Source: Octopus sinensis
Lineage: Eukaryota
Direction of reading: 5' to 3'
DNA length: 64,000 nucleotides
Assembly: GCF_006345805.1 (NCBI RefSeq)
Contig: NC_042999.1
Location: 1,798,001-1,862,000, forward strand
A program made the translations under genes and the position numbers. Positions 25,828-37,330 of this stretch are shown piece by piece (the first letter of the stretch is position 1; each line of letters begins with the position of its first letter). The notes beneath the pieces are model-generated. The model had not been told where the DNA came from, ran no database searches, and worked only from the letters and a program-made list of their open reading frames with translations.

Positions 25828-27401
25828 CCCTACCTGGGACGTAGTCGATCCACCTGTGCATACCTTCCTTCTTGTGACACTTGTGAAGACCTGCTGAGGC
25901 AAGTGAAAATCAATCAAAACAAATCAAAATAGATGAACATCAATGGAATTTGTATCTTTGTGGTACCAGTGCCTGTGGCACACAAGAAAGCCATCCGAAC
26001 GTGGCCGTAGCCAGTACCGCATCGACTGGCCTCCGTGCTGTGGGAACATGACAAACATCATCCGATCGTGGCCGTTCGCCAGCCTCATATGGCACCTGTG
26101 TCGGTGGCACATAAAAAACACCATCCGAAGACCCGGCAAGACTAGTCAGGTCATAATCCGTGGCCCCTACCTGGGACGTAGTCAGTCCACCTGTACATAC
26201 CTTCCTTCTTGTGACACTTGTGAAGACCTGTTGAGGCAAGTGAAAATCAAAATCAAAATCAAAACAAATCAAAATAGATGAACATCAATGGAATTTGTAT
26301 CTTTGTGGTACCAGTGCCGGTGGCACACAAGAATCCATCCGAACGTGGCCGTAGTCAGTACCGCATCGACTGGCCATCGTGCTGTGGGCACATAACAAAC
26401 ACCATCCGATCGTGGCCGTTCGCCAGCCTCATCTAGCACCTGCGTCGGTGGCACATAAAAACACCATCCGAAGACCCGGCAAGACTAGTCAGGCCATAAC
26501 CCATGGCCCCTACCTGGGACATAGTCAGTCCACCTGTGCATACCTTCCTTCTTGTGACACTTGTGAAGACCTGTTGAGGCAAGTGAAAATCAAAATCAAA
26601 ACAAATCAAAATAGATGAACATCAATGGAATTTGTATCTTTGTGGTACCAGTGCCGATGGCACACAAGAAAACCATCCGAACGTGGCCGTAGCCAGTTCC
26701 GCATCGACCGGCCTCCATGCTGTGGGCACGTAACAAACACCATCCGATCGTGGCCATTCGCCAGCCTCATCTGGCACCTGTGTCGGTGGCACATAAAAAC
26801 ACCTTCCGAAGACCCGGCAAGACTAGTCAGTCCACCTGTGCATACCTTCCTTCTTGTGACACTTGTGAAGACCTGTTGAGGCAAGTGAAAATCAAAACAA
26901 ATCAAAATAGATGAACATCAATGGAATTTGTATCTTTGTGGTACCAGTGCCGGTGGCACGTGGCACACAAGAAAACCATCCGAACGTGGCCGTAGCCAGT
27001 ACCGCATCGACTGGCCTCCGTGCTGTGGGCACGTAACAAACACCATCCGATCGTGGCCGTTTGCCAGCCTCATCTGGCACCTGTGTCGGTGGCACATAAA
27101 AACACCATCCGAGCGTGGCCGTCTGCCAGCCTCGTCTGGCACCTGTGTCGGTGGCACATAAAAAACACCATCCGAGCGTGGCCGTTTGCCAGCCTCGTCT
27201 GGCACCTGTGTCGGTGTCACATAAAATCACCCACTACACTCTCGGAGTGGTTGGCGTTAGGAAGGGCATCCAGCTGTAGAAACACTGCCAGATTTGACTG
27301 GACTGGTGCAGCCTTCGGGCTCCCCAGACCCCAGTTGAACCATCCAACCCATGCTAGCATGGAAAGTGGACGTTAAATGATGATGATGATGATGATGATG
27401 A
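25824..27401 (+). mobile_element. Head-to-tail tetramer of the RTE 3' UTR (~340-bp unit) ending in a normal tail, within (TA)n
   Basis: The junction CCATCC|GAAGACCCGGCAAGACTAG recurs at 26127, 26470 and 26808. Terminal block and (GAT)n lie at ~27240-27401. Confidence 0.9.
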
Positions 27402-27479
27402 TATATATATATAATTTTTTTTATGTATTGGATTAAGTCTTTCTTTGTTTGATTTGCATAATAGTGGTTTTGTCTCTAA

Positions 27480-27523
<44 letters not shown>

Positions 27524-27606
27524 AAATATTAGGGAATAAATCCAAACTTACAGGGAAAAATCAGATTTAGGATTGAATCCAATTTTATAGTAAAATATTA
27601 TATAAT

Positions 27607-27881
27607 ATTAAATTAGAGATAAAACCACTATTGGGCAAATCATACAATGAAAAACTTAAGCCAATACATAAGATTAATTAATTATATTATTTTAAATATA
27701 TATCAAAATTATTAAAAAAAGATAATTAGTATAACACTACGATCGTTTCACTAATTATATTAATTATCTTTTTTTAATAATTTTGATATATATTTAAAAT
27801 AATATAAATTAATTAATCTTATGTATTGGCTTAAGTTTTTCATTGTATGATTTGCCTAATAGTGGTTTTATCTCTAATTTA

Positions 27882-27883
<2 letters not shown>
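27607..27883. repeat. Palindromic AT-rich element, ~122-bp arms and 32-bp spacer
   Basis: 27607-27728 is the reverse complement of 27761-27883. A related partial copy lies at ~27420-27485 and a related terminus at ~63697. Confidence 0.9.
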
Positions 27884-27918
<35 letters not shown>

Positions 27919-28030
27919 CTGATTTGGCATGGTTTTCTATGGTGGGATACCTACCCAAACGCCAACCCCTCCAATCAGAGGTGTTTGAAAACTGAGTTAC
28001 TACTGTAAGTATGTGTATGTGTACATATAT

Positions 28031-28067
<37 letters not shown>

Positions 28068-28150
28068 GTATTAGCGAGAAGTTGAGGTTATAAGAGATAA
28101 TAGTGTCATTGATACCCAAATTAACTATGACTTAACTATCCTCTCACACC

Positions 28151-28203
28151 ATCGCCGATGAAGGGATATAATTAATTAATATCCTAGAAACAACTGTAAG
28201 ACC
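28151..28203 (+). ncRNA. Decayed hammerhead-like motif
   Basis: CCGATGA AG GGATAT N9 ATATCC TA GAAAC AACT GTA. U4 is changed to C and stem I does not pair. Confidence 0.35.
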
Positions 28204-28760
28204 TATCTATAAATGCTCTAATATCTATACAGCCTTGGTTTTTTATCTCCTTATGCAAAAAATTCTTATATACATATAATATTATTATTCTTTCTTACAA
28301 AATATATAGAACTGCTTAAGAAGAGCTCGGGTCGAACTCGAGACAAAAGACAGGAATTAAGATATAACCTCAAAATAGGCAATCAACCTATTATTCATGC
28401 TTATCTCTTATTATAAAAGGCAGATTTTATCTGCCTCCCTTTGTATCTTATAGAAATCTACAATATAGGATTTCTTCAATTACAATTTACCTAGCATTTT
28501 TAAGAGTAGAATGCATCGGGTCGTGCCAGGTCCAGTTTTTAAAATTTCAACCCCAATTAAGCAAAATTTAGAGAAAACTCACATTCTGGTGTATATGTCA
28601 AATGTTTTTCTTAGTGTGGGATACAGCACACGCAAACGCACGCACACACAAACGGAGCGAACTGTTTCACTGACGCTATCACCCTTCTCCTCCTTTGTCT
28701 TTGCAAGTTTGCAGCTATTAAAGTGAAAACAGTGAATCCGACAGCGATTAAGAAAATGAA

Positions 28761-29382
28761 TTGGCACCTGAATGGAGTGAAAATTTAAAAACTGTTTCTT
28801 TAGGTGATTTTTCTGAAGAAACTGCACCAAGCCACAGACTTTCCCAGAAGAGTAAAGCCTTAAACTATTTCTTTTTACTTTTTCGAATGAGCCTATTTGA
28901 AATCATTACAGCGGAAACGAACCGTTACGCTAAACGTAAACAAAGCGAAAGAAAGGATAGTTTGTTATTTCCCACAACCTTAAATGAAATTAAGGCCTAT
29001 TTTGCCATAAATATTATTATGGGTATCAGAAGTTAGCCAGAATAACAAATTCTATCGTAAAATTTTGTTGTATACCCAATTGAATATTAGCTAATAACCC
29101 ATTTTCTATAGCAATGTTTGAACAACATTTTAATAATTTTATATATTGTTGAATTTACCTGTATCTACCTGCAATTAGAGTCACTTTGTGACAAAAATTA
29201 TAGTATAGAATTGGTTGAGGACATTTCATTAAATTATCTTCCAAAAATCACATTAATATATCGATAAATAAAAAAGTTATTGTTGTTTAATGAAACCAGA
29301 CTAAATTTATGATTACGTTAGAAATTAATTGAAACACATAAGGGGTGAATTTTGGTCAGAAATATAGTAACGAAAGGGTTAA
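28761..29382 (+). mobile_element. piggyBac fossil: transposase N-terminal fragment plus right TIR and TTAA
   Basis: ORF 28761-29036 contains YFFLLFRMSLFEIITAETNRYAKRKQ...TTLNEIKAYFAINIIMG, resembling the piggyBac F.LF...I..ETN.YA...T..E.KA..G..I.MG motif. It ends GTAACGAAAGGG|TTAA at 29367-29382. Confidence 0.75.
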
Positions 29383-29490
29383 GAAAAACCAAAAAATATT
29401 TTATTCTTTATAAATGTTGTATTCAAAATAACATTTTCTTTTAAGAATGTGTATATAACAAAGTACGTGTATATAACTACGTGACTTATA

Positions 29491-29888
29491 TCTTTATATA
29501 TAAGAGTGAAGTTGTGTGTCTGTCTCCTACGATTTAGATTCCTAACTACTCCCACATTTTGCGGTGCAGTGTAACCAAAACTGGGTATCTTATAGTCGTG
29601 AGTCATATCGAGCCCTTCTGGGTATTAGCGCGCGTCTACGATGAGTCTACGATTTTAAAAATTTTACCATCATATTTTTCCATTTTAATGCATTTTTTTC
29701 GCTATTATATAAGGGAAGTAACTCTCTAAAAATATCTACGATGTGTCAACGATTTAAAAAGAAATTTACCTTAATTTATTTTCCATTTTTAATGCATTTT
29801 TTTCCTATTTTTTTGGCTATAACTCTCTAAAAATGCTTATATAGTTATTTCCCTTACAAACCCGAGCAACGCCGGGCGATACTGCTAG
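29491..29888 (+). mobile_element. Non-autonomous Helitron-like element
   Basis: 5' TCTTTATATATAAGAGTGAAGTTG and 3' CCCGAGCAACGCCGGGCGATACTGCTAG|T. Confidence 0.75.
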
Positions 29889-29912
29889 TACAGTTATAAA
29901 GTTGACTTAAAA

Positions 29913-29975
<63 letters not shown>

Positions 29976-29979
<4 letters not shown>

Positions 29980-30225
29980 CGTAAATTGCACCAATCCGAC
30001 CGTGGCCGTTGCCAGCCTCGCCTGGCACCTGTGCAGGTGGCACGTAAAAAGCACCCACTACACTCATGGAGTGGTTGGCGTTAGAAAGGGCATCCAGCTG
30101 TAGAAACATTGTCAGATAAGACTGGAGCCTGGTGCAGCCTTCTGGCTTCCCAGATCCCTGGTCGAACCGTCCAACCCATGCTAGCATGGAGAACGGACGT
30201 TAAACGATGATGATGATGATGATGA
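29976..30225 (+). mobile_element. RTE LINE 3' tail within (TA)n
   Basis: Terminal block and (GAT)n. Confidence 0.85.
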
Positions 30226-30245
30226 TATATATATATATATATAAG

Positions 30246-30548
30246 TACATATCGACATTTATGAATATTTTTTTAATATTTTCAAAAATATAAATGTACA
30301 CAAAAATACATATAAATAAAACCCTGGGGTGGACTGGATAATTATGGAAAGAAGTAAGAAAAAGAGAACTAATGAAAATTCTTTGTACTAAAGTTAGGAG
30401 CATTTAAGAGTTTTAATTAAAAGATATATAAAATTCAATGTGTTTTTTTTTAATATATAAAGGTATATAAAACAATCTGGAGAAGTCCATATATATATTT
30501 ATATTTTTGAAAATATATCTAAAAAGTATTCAAATATGTCAATATGTA
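30246..30548. mobile_element. AT-rich MITE-like element with ~55-bp imperfect inverted ends
   Basis: TACATATCGACATTTATGAATATTTTTT...TTTTCAAAAATATAAA versus the reverse complement of ~30492-30548. Confidence 0.5.
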
Positions 30549-30656
30549 TTTATATATATATACACACACTCACATATATAAATATATATATATGCACACG
30601 CATATCAATATGTATATATATACGCACACATATACAAATATATATACACACACATG

Positions 30657-30697
<41 letters not shown>

Positions 30698-31131
30698 TAT
30701 ATATATACACACACATATATATATATATATATACATATATAAACAAAGATAAATGCGATACAATAAAATTAATTATAATCGCCGGTGTATCAGTACACGC
30801 CATATATTATTCATATATCATTACATTCAAGGCGAAGAGTGAACTAGATGCACAATAGCTGGATAAATTTAGTGAGATGAAAATTAAAAACTTTTACAAA
30901 CTTAGCTTTTCTTAAACTGCAGTTTCGCCAAATTCAGTAATAAAAATAATATTTATTCACTCAGGCTGGCTCTTCAGTAAGATTCTGTTAATGATGGGAA
31001 GACCATATTAATAGACCCATGTGCGTCTATTGAAATGCTCTTTCTAAACTATTCAAAACACTGCGCAGACTCAGAACAAACCCGGCAAAATAGGGGATTG
31101 TGGTATATCGTCTAACGGTCAGAAATTTATC

Positions 31132-31217
<86 letters not shown>

Positions 31218-31451
31218 GCTATATATATTGCACTTTTCAAACTATTCAATTATCGGTGTGATCAAGAAAATGTACTTCATCAAACGAGAGATAATTACCA
31301 TTTGATATACACAAAATTTAAATCTGAGCTACCATAAGATTCATGCTTCTGATAATATGATTGTTGGATGAGCTTGGATAACACGGAGTGTACTATCAGA
31401 CAATATTTCATGTCATCTATTTATCTATGTATCTATCTATATCTGCGTAAA

Positions 31452-31690
31452 AAGATTCGAGCGAGGTCGTTGCCAGTACTGACTGACTGGCCCCCGTGCC
31501 GGTGGCAAGTAAAAAGCACCCACTACACTCTTGGTGTGGTTGGCATTAGGAAGAGCATCCAGCTGTAGAAACTCTGCCAGATCAAGACTGGAGCCTGGTG
31601 CAGCCATCTGGTTCACCCGTCCTCAAGTCAAAATCGTCCAACCCATGCTAGCATGGAAAGCGGACATTAAACAATGATGACAATGATGAT
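31452..31690 (+). mobile_element. RTE LINE 3' tail
   Basis: Terminal block and degenerate (GAT)n. Confidence 0.8.
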
Positions 31691-32149
31691 ATATATATGA
31701 TAGATAGATAGATAGATAGAGTGAGAGAGAGAGACAGAGAGACAGATACACACACATATGTACATACATCTGTGTTTGTGTGTGTGTGCACGTGGTGTAA
31801 TTCCCTGCATCAGTATTTTGCATCAAAGAATAAGAATGGATGAATCATACTTAAAAGATAAGACAATTCATATTCTTTATGATTCCTATTTCAAACGTTT
31901 CTATTATGAATGACACAGCATTTTCAAAGGATGAAGATATTTTCAATAACCTAGCATCACCTGAAGCAAAGATTTTGTATTGCATCTGTAAAATATGAAT
32001 TCTTCTTTCATTTGCAATCTATCATACAAGGATCTTTTCTTTCGAATTCCTCATATTTTTACCAATGCCCCGTGTCTAGAGTTGTAGCTTCCAGTAACAA
32101 AGAGACGCAACACAGAAGCTATTGTTCCATTGTTAAGAGACAGACTATG

Positions 32150-32237
32150 TACGTATATATGTATATATGTGTGTGTGTGTATATATATATATATATGTGT
32201 GTCTGAGTATATATATATATGTGTGTGTCTAAGTATA

Positions 32238-32268
<31 letters not shown>

Positions 32269-32418
32269 CATACATATATATATACATATATAAATATACA
32301 GACATATATACATATATATATATACAGACATATATACATATATATACATATATATATATACAGACATATATATATATACATACATATATATATACATATA
32401 TATACATATATATATATA

Positions 32419-32470
<52 letters not shown>

Positions 32471-32540
32471 CATATATATCATATATTTATTTATACATAT
32501 ATATATATGTGTGTACACACATACATTTATATATATGTAG

Positions 32541-32588
<48 letters not shown>

Positions 32589-32660
32589 TATATATAATAT
32601 ACATATACATTCATATATATATACACACATTTATATATATGTGTGTCTGTATAGATATAC
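32150..32660. repeat. Long degenerate (TA)n/(TACA)n microsatellite
   Basis: Direct reading. Confidence 0.9.
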
Positions 32661-32922
32661 ATTTTATATATATATATCAGTACAGTGTACATTTAAACAC
32701 ACAAGAGGTATCCATCATCGGATTCCTTGCACACTAGAGAGGACAGTTAAATTCCAAACCACTATTAGGGATAAAATTTCGAAGGGAATGAAAAATAAAA
32801 ACATTTACCATCTAACTCCCGGACCAATGGTTTCAGACATTTTTTAAGCAAATAAAACAAATTACTAGGCTACTGGTAATGGAAATTTCAAATATTTCTG
32901 AGTACCCTTTGATATTACTAAT

Positions 32923-32954
<32 letters not shown>

Positions 32955-33353
32955 ATAATTATCAATAATAATAAAGGGTGAAATTAATTAATTTAGAAAT
33001 AAACATTAATTTCACCAAGTAGAGTTCGGCATGTAAAAGACCCATTCAAGGAAGGTTTAAGTAATACTAAGTAATTAAAGGTTCAGCAACGATTTGCCTC
33101 ACCACACACCGAATTTAGAAATAGCAGTCAAAAAGTTTTGGCTATTCTTTCTACTTAAAAGGGAGATCCCAGTAAAACGAAAGCACTTAAAAAAATCATT
33201 CTATTAATATAGAATGATTTTCGTCATTTCTTTCTCTTTTACCTGTGTCGTTTGTTTTTTAAGTGCTTTGGTTTTACTGGGATCTCCCTTTTAAGTAGAA
33301 GGAATAGCCAAAACTTTTTGACTGCTATTTCTAAATTCGGTGTGAGGTGAGGC
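32955..33353. mobile_element. Non-coding element with ~100-bp inverted arms, between (TA)n tracts
   Basis: 33096-33194 is the reverse complement of 33255-33353. The left terminus AATAAAGGGTGA...CACCAAGT resembles the 61093 terminus. Confidence 0.8.
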
Positions 33354-33434
33354 ATATATATATATATATACATATGTTCATATATATGTATATGTATGTA
33401 CTTATATACAGACAGGTGGATATTTGTATATACA

Positions 33435-33785
33435 CATTGCTATGACGCAAAGGGCCATGGAAAGAGCCACACTTGGAATATCCCTATGAGAGCCTATTCA
33501 AAATGAGATGTTCGTGAACAGAGTGGAATGTATGATCTGAGTGCAGAATACCAAAAACGCAAGTTCCACTGGACAGGACATGTTGTGAAGTTCACAGACA
33601 ACAGGTGGACCCATTTAGTTACCGAGTGGTATCCAAGAGATTCGAAAAGCCATTTGGAAAGACTCTACGATGATGAGCAGCCAATCTACTTAACTAATTT
33701 GTATTAAAAGGGAAAAGAATGGCACAATCAAGACAGAATTGGAAGCACATTGTGACCAGTGGGGTATTACAGCATTTAATGACCT
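33435..33785 (+). mobile_element. Old RTE-clade LINE 3' fragment (different family)
   Basis: Translates with breaks as TQRAMERATLGISL..IQNE..REQSG...KFHWTGHVVKFTDNRWTHLVTEWYPRD, the RTE C-terminal W.GH...DNRW...EW.PR motif. Confidence 0.75.
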
Positions 33786-34556
33786 CATCGATATTCTTAT
33801 ACTTTTATATGTATATATGTATGTATTTATGAATGTATGTATGTATGTATTTATGTGTGTATATATCAGAGTGGAGCCACAATGGCCCAGTGGTTAGGAA
33901 TCCTTTTATCATCTCCTTCCCCACCAACACAAAATTTTTTTTTTTAATTTTCTTTTGGCTGCTTTGACAACTACATGCCTTTACAGACTAATGTAAAGTT
34001 AAGGAACTGTGAGCATGTATTTGATATTTCCAGCAACTTGTTCAATTGCTCTCTGATGATTATCTCCCACTGGCGATATAAACACAAGTGCTTATATGCA
34101 CCACATTTATTTGAGGAGTTCTCTCATTGCAAATAATGCATGATTCTGTGTTCTAACACAACATCCGCTTTTAAGTGGGGATAAATATTACCTTTTGGTA
34201 TTAATACTGCTTCTGTTCCTGTTAATTATTTTTTAATAAGCCCACTGGCTATTTACAACACCAGTGCATGACCAATGACCAGGCATTGGGATTCTATATG
34301 TATCACTGACAGAGAAACCACTGCTCAGTCTAGCTGTGGATGTCTACCATTGACAAGGCAAAGGAAGGCTAAAATCAAGTGAATAGTAGTTCTTGCAGCA
34401 GTAGTGGCCGGTTATCTCTCACTAGTAATATAAACAAAAGTGCTATATGCAGAATGAGTTCATGTGAGAGGTTTCTCTCGTGGTAAATGATGCCATATTT
34501 TGCATTCTAACACTACATCTACTTTATAATATACAGGATACTTTATATTGACTTAC

Positions 34557-34915
34557 GGAGATGTACTTGCATAGCGAGTGACTTGATCTGAGATCGTGTG
34601 CTGGAACGAAAACAGTTGCAGCGTGGAAGGTGTTTATAAGCCATTTAAGAAACACACAAAACCGTTAGATTCACTTCAACATTTAAAATTTAGTTTGTCA
34701 AAATATTTTCGTCGCTTTGAGACCGCGACCTATTCACTGATAAAACTTTCTACTCTATCTCGAAGTTTTGCAGCATGAAGTTTTGTCAGTGAACAGGTCG
34801 CGGTCTCGAAGTGACGAAAATATTTTGACAAATTAAATTTAAATGCTGAAGTGAATCTAATGGTTTTTGTGTTTCTTAAATGGCTTATAAACACCTTCCA
34901 AGCTGCAATTGTTTA
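34557..34915. mobile_element. Palindromic non-coding element with variant hammerhead-like motif in both arms, copy A
   Basis: ~140-bp inverted arms, ~12-bp direct repeat TTTATATTGACT at 34542 and 34912, and homology to 63157-63444. Confidence 0.85.
34782..34832 (+). ncRNA. Candidate type I hammerhead ribozyme with G3-C8 core
   Basis: TTTGTCA GTGAACA G GTCGC N9 GTGAC GAAA ATATTT TGACAAA: 7-bp stem I, 5-bp stem II, GAAA and palindromic stem III. The activity call is inference. Confidence 0.55.
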
Positions 34916-34959
34916 TATTGACTGTTTTTATTCTACATAGAAGACACATCCAATATAAA

Positions 34960-37330
34960 AACCAGTCTAACACTTTATTTATCTTCGTAACAAATTTTGC
35001 TTCAGAACACATTTGTTTGTATCAGATGATATCCAGTTTAGCAAAATAAATCATGTCAGAATGAGAATGAAATATCGATTTTGTTTTTGGTGTTGGATAA
35101 GAATTTGTACGAGCGATTTCATTCAGACCTACATTGTAGTCTCTGCATATTCCGAAATCTTCAACTGACTTTCATGCAACCACTGAAGAGGAGAGATCCA
35201 TTTACTCCCTCTGGGAAGAACTTCTAAAGTCTAAAAAAAAAATCCTTCATTAATTAATTTCCTCAGCTTCTCTATGACTAATGGTTTAATACGTATTAGT
35301 AATGGACTTGCCATAAAACAACATGGCTTCATATTCCCTTTGAGATGAGTTTTAGCCTTAAAACTTCTTGATCTTCGAAATTGTTCTGACGCTCCAATCA
35401 CATGAATTAATGCTGAACTAGCAACATTTCTCACATTCATTCCAAGTTAACCAAACTTTCTACACTCACTAACAAGAACATTTAGGACCTTAGTTTTTTT
35501 TATCAGTTTCTATTAATGCTTGGAATTTCCTTAAAATTTCAGCATCTGGTCCTTAATTTTTTTTCCATTTAATGGAACACATCCTTAATTTTAATTTATT
35601 TATATCCATCCATAAGTTTTGAGATATTACATAATTACTTAATGTCCAGTACCACTTTGCAGGCTGAAGTTAACCTCACTGAGTTTCATATCGATCATTA
35701 TATTAATTCCTTGAAAAGCGGCGAGCTGGCAGACATGTTAGCACGCCGGGTGAAATGCTAAGCGGAATTTCGTCTGCCGTTACATTCTGAGTTCAAATTC
35801 TGCCAAGGTCAACTTTGCCGTTCATCTTTTTGGGGTTGATAAATAAGTACCAGTTTTGCACTGAGGGGGCGACGTAATCAACTTAATCCCTTTGTCTGTC
35901 TTTGTTTGTCCACTCTATCTTTAGCCCCTTGTGGGCAATAAAGAAATGTAAATTAATTCCTTGAGCTCTTTCAGTAGTTTCAATTTCTACTTTTAAATGT
36001 TCTCCTTTTTTGTTCCCCTTATATGGTTGAAGCAAGAAGACCCACAATGGTTGAAAGTCATAACATGCCAACTGGGAAATAGCATTGCTAGGTGAGGCTG
36101 GCTGACACTTAAGCATCGCTGATTGGCAGGTGGGCCAAGGTAGCGATCTCGTTCATAATGCACTCTCCTCGTTTGAAGGTTTGTACCACCAAACAGCTGG
36201 TTAGCTCTGGCTGTAGGAACTGAAACTAACATGACACAGTTGGAAGGTAGGTTTAGAGTGGGTGGGGGCTAAAACTATGTGTCCTTCCCCTCCATTGGTC
36301 AGTTGAAACTTAGACAATGTCATGTGACAGTTAGCTGGTGCTGGCTACTCGAGCCAACCGGCAAGTATCTTTTAAAGGGAAATTTGGCAGGATGGTCAGT
36401 CGCTCACTGACATTCATTGATACTGCATCAAAGAAACCAAAGAACAAAAGAAAAAAGGAGAAAGAAGAAACACACTCAACACCAGAGCTGAAGAGGAGTA
36501 AGGGCCGAAACCGGATGTGGTTCCTCCTGATGATGTCTTTAGCCACTGAATCCTATAAAGGAACTGTTGAGGTAGCAAACCACGAAACATGGTTGGAATT
36601 CCTCCATGCTCAATACAAGTTCTACCAAATGCAGAACATTTTCACGGTTGCATGATTACATCCAAAAGAGCGAAATTTAGAACTAGATTTATACATATCT
36701 TCATCAAAGTGTGATAAAGTGATATGATTAAACCCATTCTTACTTTCTAGATTTTTCAATCATTTTGATATTAAAACTATTTCAAGCTGTTGAACAAATT
36801 CAATAAACTCATGAACGTGTTGCTTTTAGATTTATCCGATTGAAGCTATTCCGATACTTCAACAAAGCGCTCAGAAATTCGCTTAATATCCTGCAGCATA
36901 ACCAGAGAGTGGGGCAATAGGGCAGTTTTGCTCAAGGTGGCACTTTTATGGGGATGGCCCGTTGGGTCCATTGTACGAGTCTGTATAGGGTTGGGTTGGG
37001 ATTTAGAGCTGCACCAAGTGACACATATTCCAGCTTTACCACTGAAAATGTCTAGAGGTGACATCAAAATTATGTCGTCTGCAATCTGTCCTTTAGTTTT
37101 AAGATTGTCAAATTTTCAAAAACGAATTGATTCACAATGTCTTTGAGAAAACCTTGAATTGATCCAGAAAGAGGATAAACGGCGAAGTCAACCATTGTAG
37201 AATTTTATATTCAGAATGTAAAAATTCCAATAAGCCTGTTGTCCTGTGTGCTAAGATTTCTGCCAACTTATTGCCTTGCAGATATTCAATAAGTCATCTC
37301 TTTATGATCAGTAACAGAATTGATCAAAAT
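34960..37330 (-). mobile_element. Highly decayed Ty3/Gypsy gag-pol remnant, interrupted by a SINE
   Basis: Manual translation with stops and frameshifts gives FKAKTHLKGNMKP...LVIEKLRKLINEG, SKWISP, ICRDYNVGLN...NSYPTP...IF...YFAKLD (RT N-terminus) and KCSAFGRTC...NH (gag knuckle-like, ~36560-36640). Outer limits are approximate. Confidence 0.55.
35715..35948 (+). mobile_element. Meta-like SINE, near full length
   Basis: GCGGCGAGCTGGCAG head, B box, core and AATAAAGAAAT end. Confidence 0.85.

Noticed and set aside
25924-27376. Multiple overlapping 70-118 aa ORFs
   Set aside because: They are translations of the repeated non-coding RTE 3' UTR.
36488-36520. Hammerhead-like CTGAAGA GG...CC GAAAC CGGA
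   Set aside because: Only a 2-bp stem II, no UH triplet and no stem I; compatible with chance.
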